Below are positions 12,646 to 27,456 of a stretch of 64,000 nt of DNA, one piece after another. The notes below the pieces were generated by a model that worked only from the letters and a program-made list of their open reading frames with translations, made no database searches and was not told the origin of the DNA. Location of the stretch: the NCBI RefSeq assembly GCF_009914755.1, contig NC_060926.1; one strand, written 5' to 3'. The stretch comes from the human T2T-CHM13v2.0 reference genome, Homo sapiens. The translations under genes were made by a program, and so were the position numbers. Within the stretch, counting starts at the first letter, position 1. Each line of letters opens with the position of its first letter.

Positions 12646-15043
12646 ATAAAGAAAGCCAAATTCTATTATTCTTTCGGCTGATTTGGTCCAGTAGTCAACC
12701 CGGTAGCACTCAGGGTGGTCTGAGCCTGCTTTGTGCTGTTGTCATGCAGCAGTAGGTCCCCAAACAAGCATAGGCGTTCCTAAGGCCAGGGAGCACAAGC
12801 TGTGGCCGCGCCTGCCCAGTAGTTGAGCGGGGGAGATGGAGGGAGCAGGTGCAAAACAGGTGCCACCCCCAGACCATGTTTCCCCGGGCTCTCTCTGTCT
12901 GCCTCTTCCCCAGCTTTGCCACCATCTTTTCAGCAGTAGGCTTTTCAACAAAAGACTATTGAGAATGGGCTCAGAGGGAAGAGTTGTTCTGTTTACCATC
13001 TGGAATACACATTTCTGCTGCCCAAATCCTGCAAGAGGGTTTTGTTTTGCTTTTAACTTTTAAATTTGCAATAATTTTAGACTTACAAAAAAGTTGCAAA
13101 AGTAGTACGGAGCGTTCACATTTACCCTTCACCTAGCTTTCTCCAATGTTCACCTCTAACATAGCCATGGTATAATTATAAAACTAAGACATTCACATGG
13201 CTACTATGAGCTAAATTGCAGACTTTATTCAGCCTTCATCAGTTTTCCACTAATGTTCCTTTTATGTTTCAAGATCCAGCCAAGGATCTCACATGACATT
13301 TAGTTGCAATGCCTCCTTAGTCTCTTCCAATCTGTGACAGTTCTTCAATCTCGCCTTGTCTTTTGTGACCTTGACACTTTTGAAGAGTACTATTCAGATC
13401 TTCTGTAGAATGTCCTTAAGTTTGATTTTGTCTAATGTTTTCTCATTATTAGATTGGGTTATGGATTTGGGGGAGGGAATACTCTTCCCAGTGGATCACC
13501 TGAAGGCACACATGATGCTGATATGCTCTATGACCAGCAGTGTTTACTTTGATCATTTGGTTAAGGTGACATCTGCCAGGTTTCTCCTCCAAAAGTTACC
13601 ATTTTTTTCCCTTTGTAAATAATAAAAGTTTTGGAGGAGGTGCTCTGAAGCTATGCAAATATCATTTGTTCCTTAAGCTTTTGCCCACAATTTTAGCCCT
13701 CAATGTGGATCATCCTTACAACAATTATTACTGAGCTGAGGTGATTTTATATTTCCTCTATTCCTTTTACATTTCTATATTGGAATTATTCTATAAGGAA
13801 AAGATTTCCCTTTCCCCCTTTTACTTATTCATTTATATATTTATTTCAATGTGGACTCATGGAAATTTATTTTATTCTTGGAGTTATAATCTAATACTAT
13901 CATTATTTATTTTGTTACTTTGGCCATTGGGAATTCTTTTATGCTGCCTCTAAATATTTAAATATGCATCCACCTTTTTTTCCCCCTTTAGCATTTCTTG
14001 ATTTTCTGTCACTATAAGATGTTCTATGATCATCTTATATTTTCCCAGCCTCAGCCCTGAAATCCACCACTACTCCAAGGAACCTTGGTTTCTTTTGTTA
14101 CAGAATGGTATTTAGAAACCAAGATCTGGACACCTGGTTGTGGTTATTGCTACCGGATTGTATCACTGCTTTTACGCCCTCTCAGTGGACAGAGATAGAA
14201 ATATATATACATAGAAAATATCTATATTATATATTGATATATATGATAATATCTATTAAATGTATATTTCTATAGCTACTCCATGTATCCATAAACATCT
14301 ATATTTATTTATCTGTATATCAGTCTGTATTTATATTAAATAAGCAAACAAATCATGCGTTCATACTGATACCTCTAATTCCAACACAGAGCCCAGGGTT
14401 CATTTGTAATGAACTTATTTGCAACTTCTTCAACAAGGAGAAACCTGATTCTCATTACCTATAACATATTTACTTATATTTTCAACCCTACTGTACATAT
14501 AGTTTCGATATTGCTAGTTCATACTCTACAAGAAACAAATTTATCAGCTATAGTGTTTGTATACAGCTTTTTTTTTCTGCTTTAACTTTACAGTATCCAT
14601 TCAAAAAACTGTCTTCCAAAGCTGTGAAGTCAGGTAACTTTCTTACCCAATCTCTTTAGCGTGCTTATGTCATTCATTAGTGACACAGTTAGACTCATTG
14701 GTTACAGTCTGCATTTCACCTTGGTTTCCTCCACATCCTAGTTGAATCTTATTTTAATTTGCATGCAGTAAAAAAAAAACACTCTTTTTGGTGATAGTTC
14801 ATGGATTTTGATAAATGCATAGAGTCATGTATCTCCACCACAGTACCAAAGGGACCAATTCTATCACTCCCAAAATGTCCTCATATGCCCCTTTGTCACC
14901 AACTCCCCCTCCCTCCTGGTAAACACTGCTCTGTTTCTCTGTCCTTATAGCTTTTCCTTTTCCAGAATGTCATATAAACAAAATCATACAATAGAACTTT
15001 TGGGTTCTAGCTTCTTTCACTTACCAAAATAACACTTGACCCC

Positions 15044-15377
<334 letters not shown>

Positions 15378-15568
15378 TCATGAATCAAGAGTTTATTCCC
15401 TTTTATTGATAAGTAGTGTTTTTATTAATGAGTAGTGCTTTATTGATGAGTATGGAAGCAAAACTGTTTACCCATTCCTTGTTGAAGGCTATCTGTGTTA
15501 TTTCCTGTTTTGGGTTTTATACATAAAGCTGCAGTAAACATTTGCCTACAGATTTTTGTGTGAAAAGG

Positions 15569-16052
15569 TGTTGAGAACTGTGAAGGGCCTGAGATTTTAC
15601 CTTTCTTGCAAACTAATGTGGATGCCGGCAGAACACCAAGGCTTTTGGGTCAGAGACAAATGACTTTATTACCCACAGCAAAAGCAGTAACCAGAGCATC
15701 AGCATTTTCTTGTACTAGCTCCCTGAGCCCCAATTTCCGCAGGGTGAAACAATGAGGACCAGGCGACACTTGCTCATGCATTAGGTTGTGTTAAAGGAGG
15801 GGGCCCTGAACTTAAGAAAACCAAATCTTCTATAATGGACTGTGAGCATGCTGGTCCTTCGCTCCAGAGTTAGGTATTATCTTTATATTGGACAATAAGC
15901 ATGCCTACTCTTTGCTTTGAAGACAGACAGTATTTCTGTTTTCCAAGGCTGTTCCCTATATATACATCTTGAAAAGATAAACCAGAGCAGACAGCACGTC
16001 TGTTGCAAGATATGTAGAAATACATGAGACCCATGGGAAATGGTTTCCAACA
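15569..16052 (-). mobile_element. Solo ERV LTR (MER34-like)
   Basis: TG...CA termini (tgttgagaac...tttccaaca) interrupting L1; family name recalled. Confidence 0.6.
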
Positions 16053-16447
16053 ATAAGTTTTCACTTCATTTGAATATAAATAAATATCTAGAAGTGAGAT
16101 TGCTGGCCAGTATGCTAAGTGTATGTTTAACTTTATAAGAAACTGCCAAACTGTTTCCCAATGTGGCTGTACCGTTTTGCATTCCCGTCAGTGATATATG
16201 AGAGTTACCATTACTTTACATCTTCTCCAGCTTTTGATGTTGTCAGGTTGTTTTATTTTAGACATTCTAATATGGCTGAAAGATGTCTCGTAGTATCCTA
16301 TTGTACTTTTAATTGCATTTACTTAACACTCGTCTTTTCATGCTTATTAGGCATCTGTATGTATGTCTTCTTTGGTGAAATATCTGTTCAGATATTTTGC
16401 CCATTTTTTAATTGAGTTGTTTGTTTTCTTAAGATTGAGTTTCTTCA

Positions 16448-16782
16448 GGCTGGGCGCGGATATGGATAATAGCTGGAGTCAGGCCAGGCACGGTGGCTCA
16501 CGCCTGTAATCCCAGCACTTTGTGAGGCCGAGGCAGGCAGATCATGAGGTCAGGAGTTCAAGACCAGCCTGGCCAACATGGTGAAACCCCGTCTCTACTA
16601 AAACTACAAAAAATAAGCCAGGCGTGGTGGTAGGTGCCTATAGTCCCAGCTACTCAGGAGGCTGAGGCAAGAGAATGGCATGAACCCAGGAGGCTGGAGA
16701 TTGCAGTGAGCTGAGACGACGCCACTGCACTCCAGCCTAGGTGATACAGCAAGACTCCATCTCAAAAAAAAAAAAAAAAAAA
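16448..16782 (+). mobile_element. Alu with duplicated 5' start and a 24-nt foreign insert
   Basis: ggctgggcgc + ggatatggataatagctggagtca + ggccaggcacgg...; TSD aaga(t/c)tga(g/c)tttcttca. Confidence 0.92.
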
Positions 16783-19043
16783 GACTGACTTTCTTCATGT
16801 ATTCTGCACATAAACTTTATCAGACTTACAATTTGCAAGTATTTTCTCCCAATCTATGGCTTTTCATTCCCTTAATAGGGTTTTTCACTGTGTATAAGTT
16901 TTTAATTTTGATAAAGTCGAAGTTGCCAAGTTTTCTTTACGGATTGTGCTTTTAGACCCATAGCTAAACACATTGCAGTCATGCAGGTTTTCTCATGTTT
17001 TCATCCTCAAATGTAATGGTTTTACATTCTGTGTTTAAGAATAGGGTTCATTTTGAGTTCATTTTTGTATAAGGTGTGAGGCAGGATCCAGCACTGTTTG
17101 TCTAAGTAACTATTCCTCTCTCCGTGGAATTACTATTGCTTCTTGTCAAAAATCATTTGACTATATCCGTGTGGGTCTATTTTTGTTTCATTGAACTATT
17201 AATAGGTGTCTGTTCTTTCACCAACATCACATTGTCTTTATTATTGTGACTTTACACTGAGTCTTGAAATCAGCCAACCTGAATCCTCTAGCTTTGTATT
17301 TCCTTCCAAATTTTTTTGGCTGTTATATAGTTCCTTTGACCTGCCTTGTACATTTCAGAATCAGTTGTTGAAATCTACAAAACAGTACACTAGGATTTTG
17401 ATTAAGATTCCCTTAAGTCTATAGATCAGATTCAAGAGAATTGACGTCTAACACTGTGTACCTCTAAATTTATTTGGGTCTTTTTTGTTACTATTGTAAA
17501 TAGTACTTTTTAAATTATAAATTTTAATTCTTTATTACAATTGATTTTTGTATACTGACCTTATTTCTTTTGACCTTGCTAATCTTACTTACCTGCTCTA
17601 GGAACTTTGTTGTAGATTACTTGGGATTTCCAATGATGTCATGTATGAATAGAGATGATTTTATTTTTTCCTATCCAACCCGTATAGTGTTTATTTCTTT
17701 CTCTTGCCTTAATGCACTGGCTAAGACTTTCAGTATGATGTTTAACAGGAGTGGTGAGAGAGAACATACTTGCCTTGGTCCTGATATTAGAGGGGAAACA
17801 TTCAATCTTTCACTATTAAATACTTTGCTAGCTGTGAGGTTTTTTGTTTTTTTTGTAGATGTGCTTTATCTTGTTAACCAATTTCCCTTCTATTCTTGGT
17901 TTTTTGAGGATTGTTACCATAAACAAATATTGGATTTTGTAAATGTGTTTTCTGCATCTGTTGAGCTTTTGATTTTGATGAAGCCAAGTTGCCAAGTTGT
18001 ACTTGGCAGATCTGTTGTCTGTTAATATGGTGCACTACGTTGATTTGTTTTTGAATATTAAATTGGCTTTGCATTCTGGGATAATCTCCACTTGTTCAAG
18101 ATGTATTATAGATTGAATATATTCTGCATTAAATTTGTTAACCTATCTTGTTGAGGTTTTTTTGTCTATATTCATGAGGAATATTGGTTTGCAGATTCTT
18201 TTCTTAGAAATTGTTGTCTAATTTTGGTATCAGGAAATGCTGACCTCATAATATGGGTTAGAAAATATTCCATATTCTTTTTTTCTAAAAAAGGTTGTAC
18301 AGAATTGATATGATTTTTCCTTAACTGTTTGGTAGAATTTACCAATGAAACCATCTGGGCCTCTTTTTTTGTTAGAAGTTTTAAAACTATGAATTCAATT
18401 TCTTTAACAGATTTAGGACTATTCAGATTATCTGTACCTCTGTGAGTTAGTTTTGGTCATTTGTTTCTTAGAAGGAAGCAGCCCATTTCTTCCATAGGGT
18501 TGAATTTATGAGCATAGAATTGCTCACAGCATTCCCTTATCATTTCCTTAATGTTTGTGGGATCTGTAGTGATGTTTGATATTGGTAATTTTTGTCTACT
18601 GCCTTTTTTTCTTGGTTAGTTTGAAGAGCTTTTTTTATTTTTCTTTTAATTTTGTTAATTTTTTCAAGAAACCAACTTTTTGTTTCTTTGATTTTCTAAT
18701 TTTTAACAAATGTTTTAAATTGTGTTGATTCCTGCTATCTTTATTATTTTTCTCCTCCTACTTGCTTTGTTTTTTTAAATTAAATCTCCATTTCTTAGAT
18801 CTAAGAATTTAATGATATAAATGCCACCCCCAGCTACTGCTTTAGCTGTTCCCACAAATTACGTTTTATAACTATTTTTGTTCAGTTCGAGATGTCATTT
18901 CTAAAGACTTGGCCTAATCTTAGATCCTGAAGATGTTTTCCCCGTGTCCTTTTTTCTAGAAGTTTTATAATTTTGTTTGACATTTAAGTCTATGATCTGT
19001 TTGGAATTAACGTTTGCATAAGGTGTGAGATCTAGGTTGAGGT

Positions 19044-19352
<309 letters not shown>

Positions 19353-20047
19353 GTTTATTTATTTTTCACCTATGAATGTGCAATTCTTGTGACACCATTT
19401 ATTGAAAAGGCTATTCCTCCTCTATTGAATTGTTTTTGCTCATTTGCCAAAAATCAGTTGAATATGTCTGCAGGTCTTTGTATGGGTTCCCTGTTCTGTT
19501 CTATTGTTATATGTGTTAATGTCTCCATTAGGACCACACTTTCTTGATAGCTATAGCTGTATAGTGAGCTTTAAGATCAAGAACAGCTACTCCTACTTTA
19601 CATTTCTTTTTTTGAATTGTTTTGGCTATTCTTGGGCCTTTATTTTCCATACAAAAATTGAAAACAAACTTCTTTATGCCTATTGAAAACCTTGCTGACA
19701 TTTGGATAGAAATTGCATTAAACCTATAGATCTAATTAGGAAGAATTGGCATCTTTATTGTGTTAATTCATCTATTCCATGAATACAATATGTCTCTCTG
19801 AGTATTTAGGTCTTTGATTTATTTCATCAGAATTTTATAATTTCAGCATGCAGCTCTTGTACCTGTTTAAGTATATACTAAGTATTGTAATTTTTTGGAG
19901 CAATTGTAAGTGGTATTGCACTTTTTATTTTGGTTTTCACCTATTTGTTGTCAGTGTGTAGAAACGCAGTTGGTTTTCATGTGTGGACTTTGCATCTTTT
20001 GACCTTAGTAGGCTTACGTACTATTTCGCTTTTTGTTTTTTGTGTAT

Positions 20048-20382
20048 GGTAAGCCCTCCATATCTGCAAGTTCTGTGTCTGTGGATTCAACCAACTATGG
20101 ATTGAAAATATTTGGGAAAAATAAATGGTAAAAATCATAACAATACAACAATAAAATATAATACAAAACTTAAAAGATATAACAACTACTTATGTAGAAT
20201 TTACATTTTGTTAGATATCATAGGTAATCTGGAGATTATTTAAAGTATACATGAGGATTGTATAGGTTATGTGCAAATACTATGCCATTTTATACGATAC
20301 TTGAGCATCCTCAGATTTTGGTGTCCATGGGGTTGGGAGTGGATCCTGGAACCAGTCCCCCACAGATACTAAGGGACAACTG
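20048..20382 (-). mobile_element. MER2 (Tigger-family DNA transposon fossil)
   Basis: gtggattcaaccaac...atttaaagtatacatgaggatt...cctggaaccagtccccc...agggacaactg. Confidence 0.8.
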
Positions 20383-21048
20383 TAGTTCTCAGGATTTTCT
20401 ATGTAGATAATTGGGTAGTCTGCAAATAGACAGTAGTATTTGTTTGTTTGTTTTTTCCAACCTCTATGACTTATTCCTTTGCCTTATTGCAGCGGATAGA
20501 ACTTCCAGTACTACATTGAATAGGTATGTTGAGAGCAGACATACTTGCCTTTTTCCCAATCATAAAGGGCAAGAATTCAGTCTTCTCCCATTAAGTATGA
20601 TGTTAGCTGCAAGCTTTTTGTACATGCTCTTTATGAGATTGAGAAAGTTTCATTCTATTCCTAATGTACTGAATTTTTATACTGAATGAAGGTTGCATTT
20701 GCCAAATCCTTTTCTGTGCAAATTGATATGCTCATATGATTTTTTTTCCAAATTTTGAACCAACTCTGAATACATAGAATGCCACTTGGTCATGATGTAT
20801 TATTCATTTTATACATTGTTGGATTAAATTTGCTAATATTTGTTGAGAACTTTTGTGTCTAGGTTCATGAGAGATGTTGGTCTGTAGGCTTTTTGTGTGT
20901 GTGCTGTCTTTGTCTGCTTTGCGTATCAGTGTAATACTGGCCTCATAGAGTGAGTTGGGAAGTATTCCCTCCCCTTCTATCTTCTGGAGTGGATTGTGTA
21001 AAACTTGTGTTAATTCTCCTTTGAATGTTTGATAAAATTCTCTAGTGC

Positions 21049-21345
21049 GGCCAGGCACGGTAGGTCACATCTGTAATCCCAGCACTTTGGGAGGCCAAGG
21101 CAGGCAGGATCACCTGAAGTCAGGAGTTCAAGACCAGCCAGGCCAACATGGGAAAACCCCGTCTCTACTTAACATACAAAAACTAGCCGGGCATGGTGAC
21201 AGATGCCTGTAATCCCAGCTACTTGGGAGGCTGGGGCAGGAGAATCACTTGAACCCAGAAGCAGAGGCTGCAGTGAGCTGAGATGGCGTCACTGCACTCC
21301 AGCCTGGGTGACAGAGAGAGACTCTGCCTCAATAAATAAATAAAT
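21049..21345 (+). mobile_element. AluS
   Basis: Alu dimer; TSD aattctctagtgc. Confidence 0.92.
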
Positions 21346-22340
21346 TAATGAATTAATTCTCTAGTGCAACCATATGGACACAGATACTTCTTTTCAGGGG
21401 CTTTTTAATTACAAATTCAATTTCTTTAATAACCATAGAACTATTCAGGTTGTCAGTTTCATCTTGGTAGAGTTTTGGTAGTTTGTGGTTTTTGAAAAAG
21501 TGTTCAATTTTTTCTAAACTGTAGAATTTATGAGCATAAAGTTTTTCATAATATTCTCTTATTGTCCTGTCAGTGACTGCAAGAGATGTTGTAATAGGCC
21601 CTGTTTTGTACTTGATGTTGGTAATATGTGTCTTTTTACCTTGCAAATCTTGCTAGAAGTTTGTCAATTTTATTGATTCTTTTTAACAACCAGCCTTTTG
21701 TTTTATCAATTTTCTCTATTGTTTTACTATTTGAATTTTATTAATTTCTGTTCTTTATTATTTACTTCTTTCTGCCTGCTTTGAGTTTATTTTGCTCTTG
21801 AGTTTATTTTTCTAGGTTCTTGAGGTAGGAACATAAATTATAGTTTTGGCATATTTTTATTTTATTGTAAGTAAGCTTTTAGTACCACAAATTTTCCTGC
21901 CAGAATTATGTTGGTACATCCCACAAATTTTAAACAAAACAGCTTAATTTTCATTCAGTACTATTTAATTTTTAATTTTCTTTGTGATTTCACTTTTGGG
22001 CCATGAATTATTCAAAGCATGTTTTAAAATTTCCAAGTGTTTGTGGAAATTTTCATGTTGTCTTTCTGTTATTAATTTCTATTTTGATTCCACTATAGTC
22101 AGAGGGCATACTCTGTATGATTTCAAATCTTTTAAATTTGTTAAATGTTGTTCTGTGACTCAAGATATGGTCTATTTATGCACATTTTCAATGTTTGTTT
22201 GAAAAGCATATGCAGTCTTTTGTTGGGTGGAGTATTCTATAAATCTCAATTAGATCTGGTTAGTTGATGGTATTGTTCAATTCCTCTCCGTCCTTGCTGA
22301 TTGGTTAGTTGTTCTGTCAATCATTAAGAGCGGGATATTG

Positions 22341-24125
22341 GGCAACACTCAGTCTCCACCCAAACTCTACCATGTTGAGTTCTGTGGGTCATGTCTGCTG
22401 CCTCAGCCTCCAGGGCCTTGCAGGAACTCAGCCCGTCAGTGTTGCTACTCCAAGCTCAGGTCTTGCCATGGGCCACTCTGGCAGCAATCCAATCTACCAG
22501 GAAATATGGGCACAAACATCACCTTTGCTGAAGACAGGCACCACCACTGGGTGTATTGTGGTGGTCATTGATGCAGTAGTGGATATCCAGTTTGATGACG
22601 GACTACCATCTATTTTAAATGCCCAGCAAGTACAAGGCAGGGAGACCAGGCTGGTTTTTGTGGTGACCCAGCATTTGGGTGAGAGCACAGTAAGGATTAT
22701 GCTATGAATGGTACAGAAGGCTTGTTTAGAGGCCAGAAAGTCCTGGATTCTGGTGCACCAATCGAAAGTCCTGTTGGTCCTGAGACTTTGAGCAGAATCA
22801 TGAACATCATTGGAGAGCCTATTGATGAAAGCGGTCCCATCAAAATGAAACAGTTTGCTCCCATTTATGTTGAGGCTCCTGAGTTCATGGAAATTAGCGT
22901 TGAGCAAGAAATTCTGGTGGCTAGTATCAAAGTTGTGGATTTCCTCACTCCCTAGCCAAGAGTGGCAAAATTGGGCTTTTTAGTGGTGTTGGAGTTGACA
23001 AGATTGTACCCATCATGGAGTTAATCAATAATGTTGCCAAAGCCCATGGTGCTTAATCTGGGTTTGCTGGTGTTTTTGAGAGGACCTGTAAGGGCAATGA
23101 CTTATATTATGAAATGACTGAGTCTGGTGTTGTCAACTTAAAAAATGTTACCTCCAAGGTAATGCTGATGTAAGGTCAGATGAATGAACCACATGCTACT
23201 CATGCCCAGGTAGCTCTGACTGGACTGACTGTGGCTGAATACTTCAGAGACCAAGAAGTTCAAGATGTACTCCTGTTTATTGATAATATCTTTCACTTCA
23301 CCCATGCTGGCTCAAGGGTGTCTGCCTTATTGGGCAGAATCCCTTCTGCTGTGGGCTATCAGCCTACCCTGGCCACTGACATGGTGGGTATGATGTGGGG
23401 AAAGAATTGCCACTACCAAGAGGAGATCTATCACCTCTGTACAGGCTATGTACCTGCTGATGACTCGACTGCCTCTGCTACTTCCTTTGCTCATTTGGAT
23501 GCCACCACTGTGCTGCCCCATGCTGTCACTGAGCTGGGCATCTATCTACATGTGGATCCTCTGGACTCCATCTCTCACATCATGGATCCCAACATTGTTG
23601 GCAATGAGCATAATGATGTTGCCCGTGGGGTGCAAAAGATTCTGCATGGCTACAAATCCCTCCATACGTTATTGTCATAATCCATATTGGGTATGGATTA
23701 ACTTTCTGAGGAAGACAAGTTGACTGTGTCTTGAATGTGGATAATACAACGTTTCTTGTCTCAGCCATTCCAGGCTGCTGAGGTCATCACAGGTCATATG
23801 GGGAAGTCAGTACTCCTGAAGGAGACCATTAAAGGATTTCAGCAGATTTTGATAGGTGAACATGACCATCTCTCAGAACGGGCCTTCAGTGATGGAACCC
23901 ATTGAAGAAGGTTTGGCAGAAGCTGATACGCTGGCTGAAGAGCACTTATTGTGAGGGGTCTTTTTGGCAAACTAAGCACTCATCTGCTGTACTGTCCCTC
24001 TCCTTCCCCTAATCCAAACAGCTTCAGGTTTCGGTGTAAGCCACATGAGAACCTTGATTGAAAACATGTTCTATCTGAAGAGTATTTAAGGTTTCCAATA
24101 CAATGTACACCCCTCAGAAAAAAAA
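22341..24125 (+). pseudogene. ATP5F1BP1: Processed pseudogene of mitochondrial ATP synthase F1 beta subunit (ATP5F1B)
   Basis: Intronless copy from the 5'UTR and ATG (22372) through the stop (TGA 23952-23954), 3'UTR and A-tail. Fragments include [36 protein letters not shown] and [20 protein letters not shown]. Frameshifts and stops are present, and Walker A has decayed to [11 protein letters not shown]. Degenerate TSD aagagcgggatattg / aagaatggtgtactg. Confidence 0.93.
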
Positions 24126-24789
24126 GAATGGTGTACTGAAGACCCCAACCATAAGACTCTACCTATTTTATCTATTACAACTCTATTATAAAGTAGATAA
24201 AAATAGATTTATCTATTTTTCTTTTCATCTCCATCAAATTTTGCTTCATGTGTTTTGAAGCTCTGTTGTTTGATGTATACACATTTAGGGTCATTGTCTT
24301 CTTGGTGGATAGAGAATTTTATCATCCTAATGTCCCTTTTTGTCCTTAGTAAATTTTCTTTGTGTTAAAGTCTACTTTATATAATATTAATATACTTATT
24401 TTTGCTTTTTAAAAATAAATATTTGCGTAATACGTTTTTTCCATCCTTTTACCTTTAACCTATCTACGTTGTTATGCCTGAAGTGAGTTTCCTGTAGACA
24501 GCATAAATCGGGTCATGTTTTTGTTCACTCTTCAATCTCTGTCATGTAATTGGTATATGTAGGTGATTTATATGTAAAGTAATTATTCATATTTAAGGAT
24601 TAAGTGTCTCATTTTATTTATTTATTATTTTTGTGTGTCTCCTCTGTTTCTCATTTTTCTCTTTTGTCTTGCCTTCCTATGGGTTATTTGAGCATATTTT
24701 GGTGTTTCATTTTGATTTATTTACACTGTTTTTGAGTGTATTGCTTTGTATACTTTTCTTAATAGTTCTATGTATTTCCTTATACATAT

Positions 24790-24838
24790 ATGTAACTTAT
24801 CACAGCCTATTGTGATGTAACTTATCACAGCCTATTGG
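24790..24838. repeat. 25-bp tandem duplication
   Basis: atgtaacttatcacagcctattg occurs twice. Confidence 0.9.
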
Positions 24839-25481
24839 TGGTTTGCTACTTCAAGTTAAGTGTAGCAACCTTACTTCTATTTAGGTCCCTTTACACTCAC
24901 CATTTAAAATATATAATTGTCTGAAGTATTTCCTTTGCATGCATTATATGCCATCTTAGATGGTGCTAAACTTCTGCTTCAATCATAAAATGTAACTAAA
25001 GAAATCCATGGTGTTAAGGATTATCTATTATGCTTACTTTTATATTTACTCATTCCATTGTTCTTTTTTCTGAAAGTCCAGGCTTTTTTCTTTTCTCGTT
25101 CTCTTTCTATATGGAAAGCTTTCATGAATGCTTCTTTAAGGGTAGGTCTCCCTGTAATAAATTCACATAGTTTTCCTTCTCCTTCAACCCTGGAGGATAT
25201 TTTCCCCAGATAGATGATTCATGGCTGGCAGTTATTTTCTCTCAGCACTTGAAAATGTGGCGCCTCTTCCTCTGGTCTCTATAGTTTCAGATGAGAAACT
25301 GCTGTCATTTGAATTGGTGCTCTTTTATAGGTAACGTGTTATTTCTCTTCAGCTTTTTTAGGATTTTTCTTTGTTTTTAGTTTCAGAAATTTAAATACAA
25401 TGTGTCTTGGTGTGGCTTTCTTTGGTTTTATCCTGTTTGGGATTTGCTTAGCTTCTTGAATTGTAGTTTCTGTATCTTTAA

Positions 25482-25800
<319 letters not shown>

Positions 25801-26979
25801 AAAATTTGGGGTTTTTTTCAGTCATTACTTTTTAAATGCTTTTTAAGCCCCATACTCTTTCCCCTCTTTTTTCTGAAACTCTAGTGGTATGAATAGTATT
25901 AGCTCTTCCTCATTGTTCCAGAGATTTCTGAGGCTCTGTTGGTATTGGCATCAGTGGGTTTCTTTTCTCATTCGAATGTGATATTTCTGGTTCTTGGTAT
26001 AATGAGTGATTTTTAAATTATATCTTAGACCATTCGGTTATCATGTTAGAAGACTTTATTTCCACTTATGTCTGTTTATTCGGCGCAGTCGCTGTGTTTG
26101 GGTGTAGCATGTTTGCTCTGGCTTACTTCTGTGGGCTTTCGTTCCAGTGGCAGTCTCGTTCCCTGAGCCATCTTGTGCTGCTGGGGCCCCTCAATTCCTG
26201 TTTGGTGCTGTCTGCAGGGGTGGAAGGCATGTCCCTGGGCTGCCTGCTGTTGCTGGGTGACCTTCTGGGATGGGGAGCAGACCACAGATTAAAAATACAG
26301 GAAATATAAGCCCTTAGCCTAGTAAGTACTCAATAGTTGTTGTTTTATGATTAACATTACTCCCATCGTTTTCCTGGCCCCTCTCCTCCTATGGGCTTTA
26401 CAGTTATGGAATTACTTGCTGAATCCTGAACAAGAAAGGAGTCTGGAGCGTGCAGCATCCTTCTGTGGTTTCCTGCCTATCCTACTCATCCTTTAAGAGT
26501 CTTCCCTGCTGTCTCCCCTAGAAGATGTATTTAGCAACTCACTCAGCTAGAGTAAGATGCATCCTACGCTGGGCATGAACTTTTACAGCTTTTGGCACAG
26601 TGTTAGGTCGTCATATTCTAGGCATCCAACACCATCCTATGAACCCCCTTCAAGGCACAGAATTTTGTCTGGTTTTGTAGGTTATGTCTCAGATCTATCA
26701 AAATGTCTGGCACGTGGTACTTATGTGCTTACTAAGTATCTATTGAAATGAAAGGGAGTAAAGCTGATGAAGGAGCCTTAGGTGAGAGCAGCTGGATGGG
26801 TCAGGTCATGGGGTTCCCCATCATGGCTGAGTCTGAGAAAGTCTTAATGGGAGAGTGCCCATGGTATATGGTGAGGCCTGAGATGCCTTGGGTGGGGTGG
26901 GGGCTGGATGTGTGCTGGATCTTTGTCATTCCTTAGGCTGTCAGTCTCTGCTCCCTTCTTATCCTGATTCTTGGGATGG

Positions 26980-27456
26980 GGGCAGAGTCTGTTCACCTGT
27001 GGAAGTTGAAGGGTCTGGCCTCGCTTTAGCTAGGGTGTGGGTAATGTGACCCAGGCACCGTCAGTCAGAATAACCTCCTAGGCTTTGACTTGAGAGATTG
27101 TGACTCCAGATGGCAGGTCCAGCAGAGACAAACTTGGCAGTAGTGGCAGATGCACACCGATGCAGCTCCTGGGGTGGCAGTGGCAGTGAGCTCTGGTCCA
27201 TCTCTTGTCAATACTCCCAGTGCCAGCGAGGAAAGCCACAGCATCCAGCGCTCTGCAGTGGAACTGCAGCGGGGCCCCCACCAGGCAGCCCTGCAGCAGG
27301 ATTGGGGGTCTCGTTCCTGATGAGAGGTCCCAACCCAGGTTATCCTGTCCATTGGTGATGCTGTGAGCCATCCCAATGTCCTTTATCATAAATTCCTTCC
27401 TGTTTGAATCAACCACAGTTGGTTTTCTTGCTTACAACTGAAGCTGGAGTGATACA
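26980..27456 (+). mobile_element. MaLR LTR (MLT1-like)
   Basis: 3' end ataaattccttcctgtt...ttgcttacaactgaa...tgataca. Confidence 0.55.

Noticed and set aside
22309-23680. ATP synthase beta-like ORFs as a functional gene
   Set aside because: Split across frames with stops, and the Walker A motif is destroyed; a processed pseudogene.
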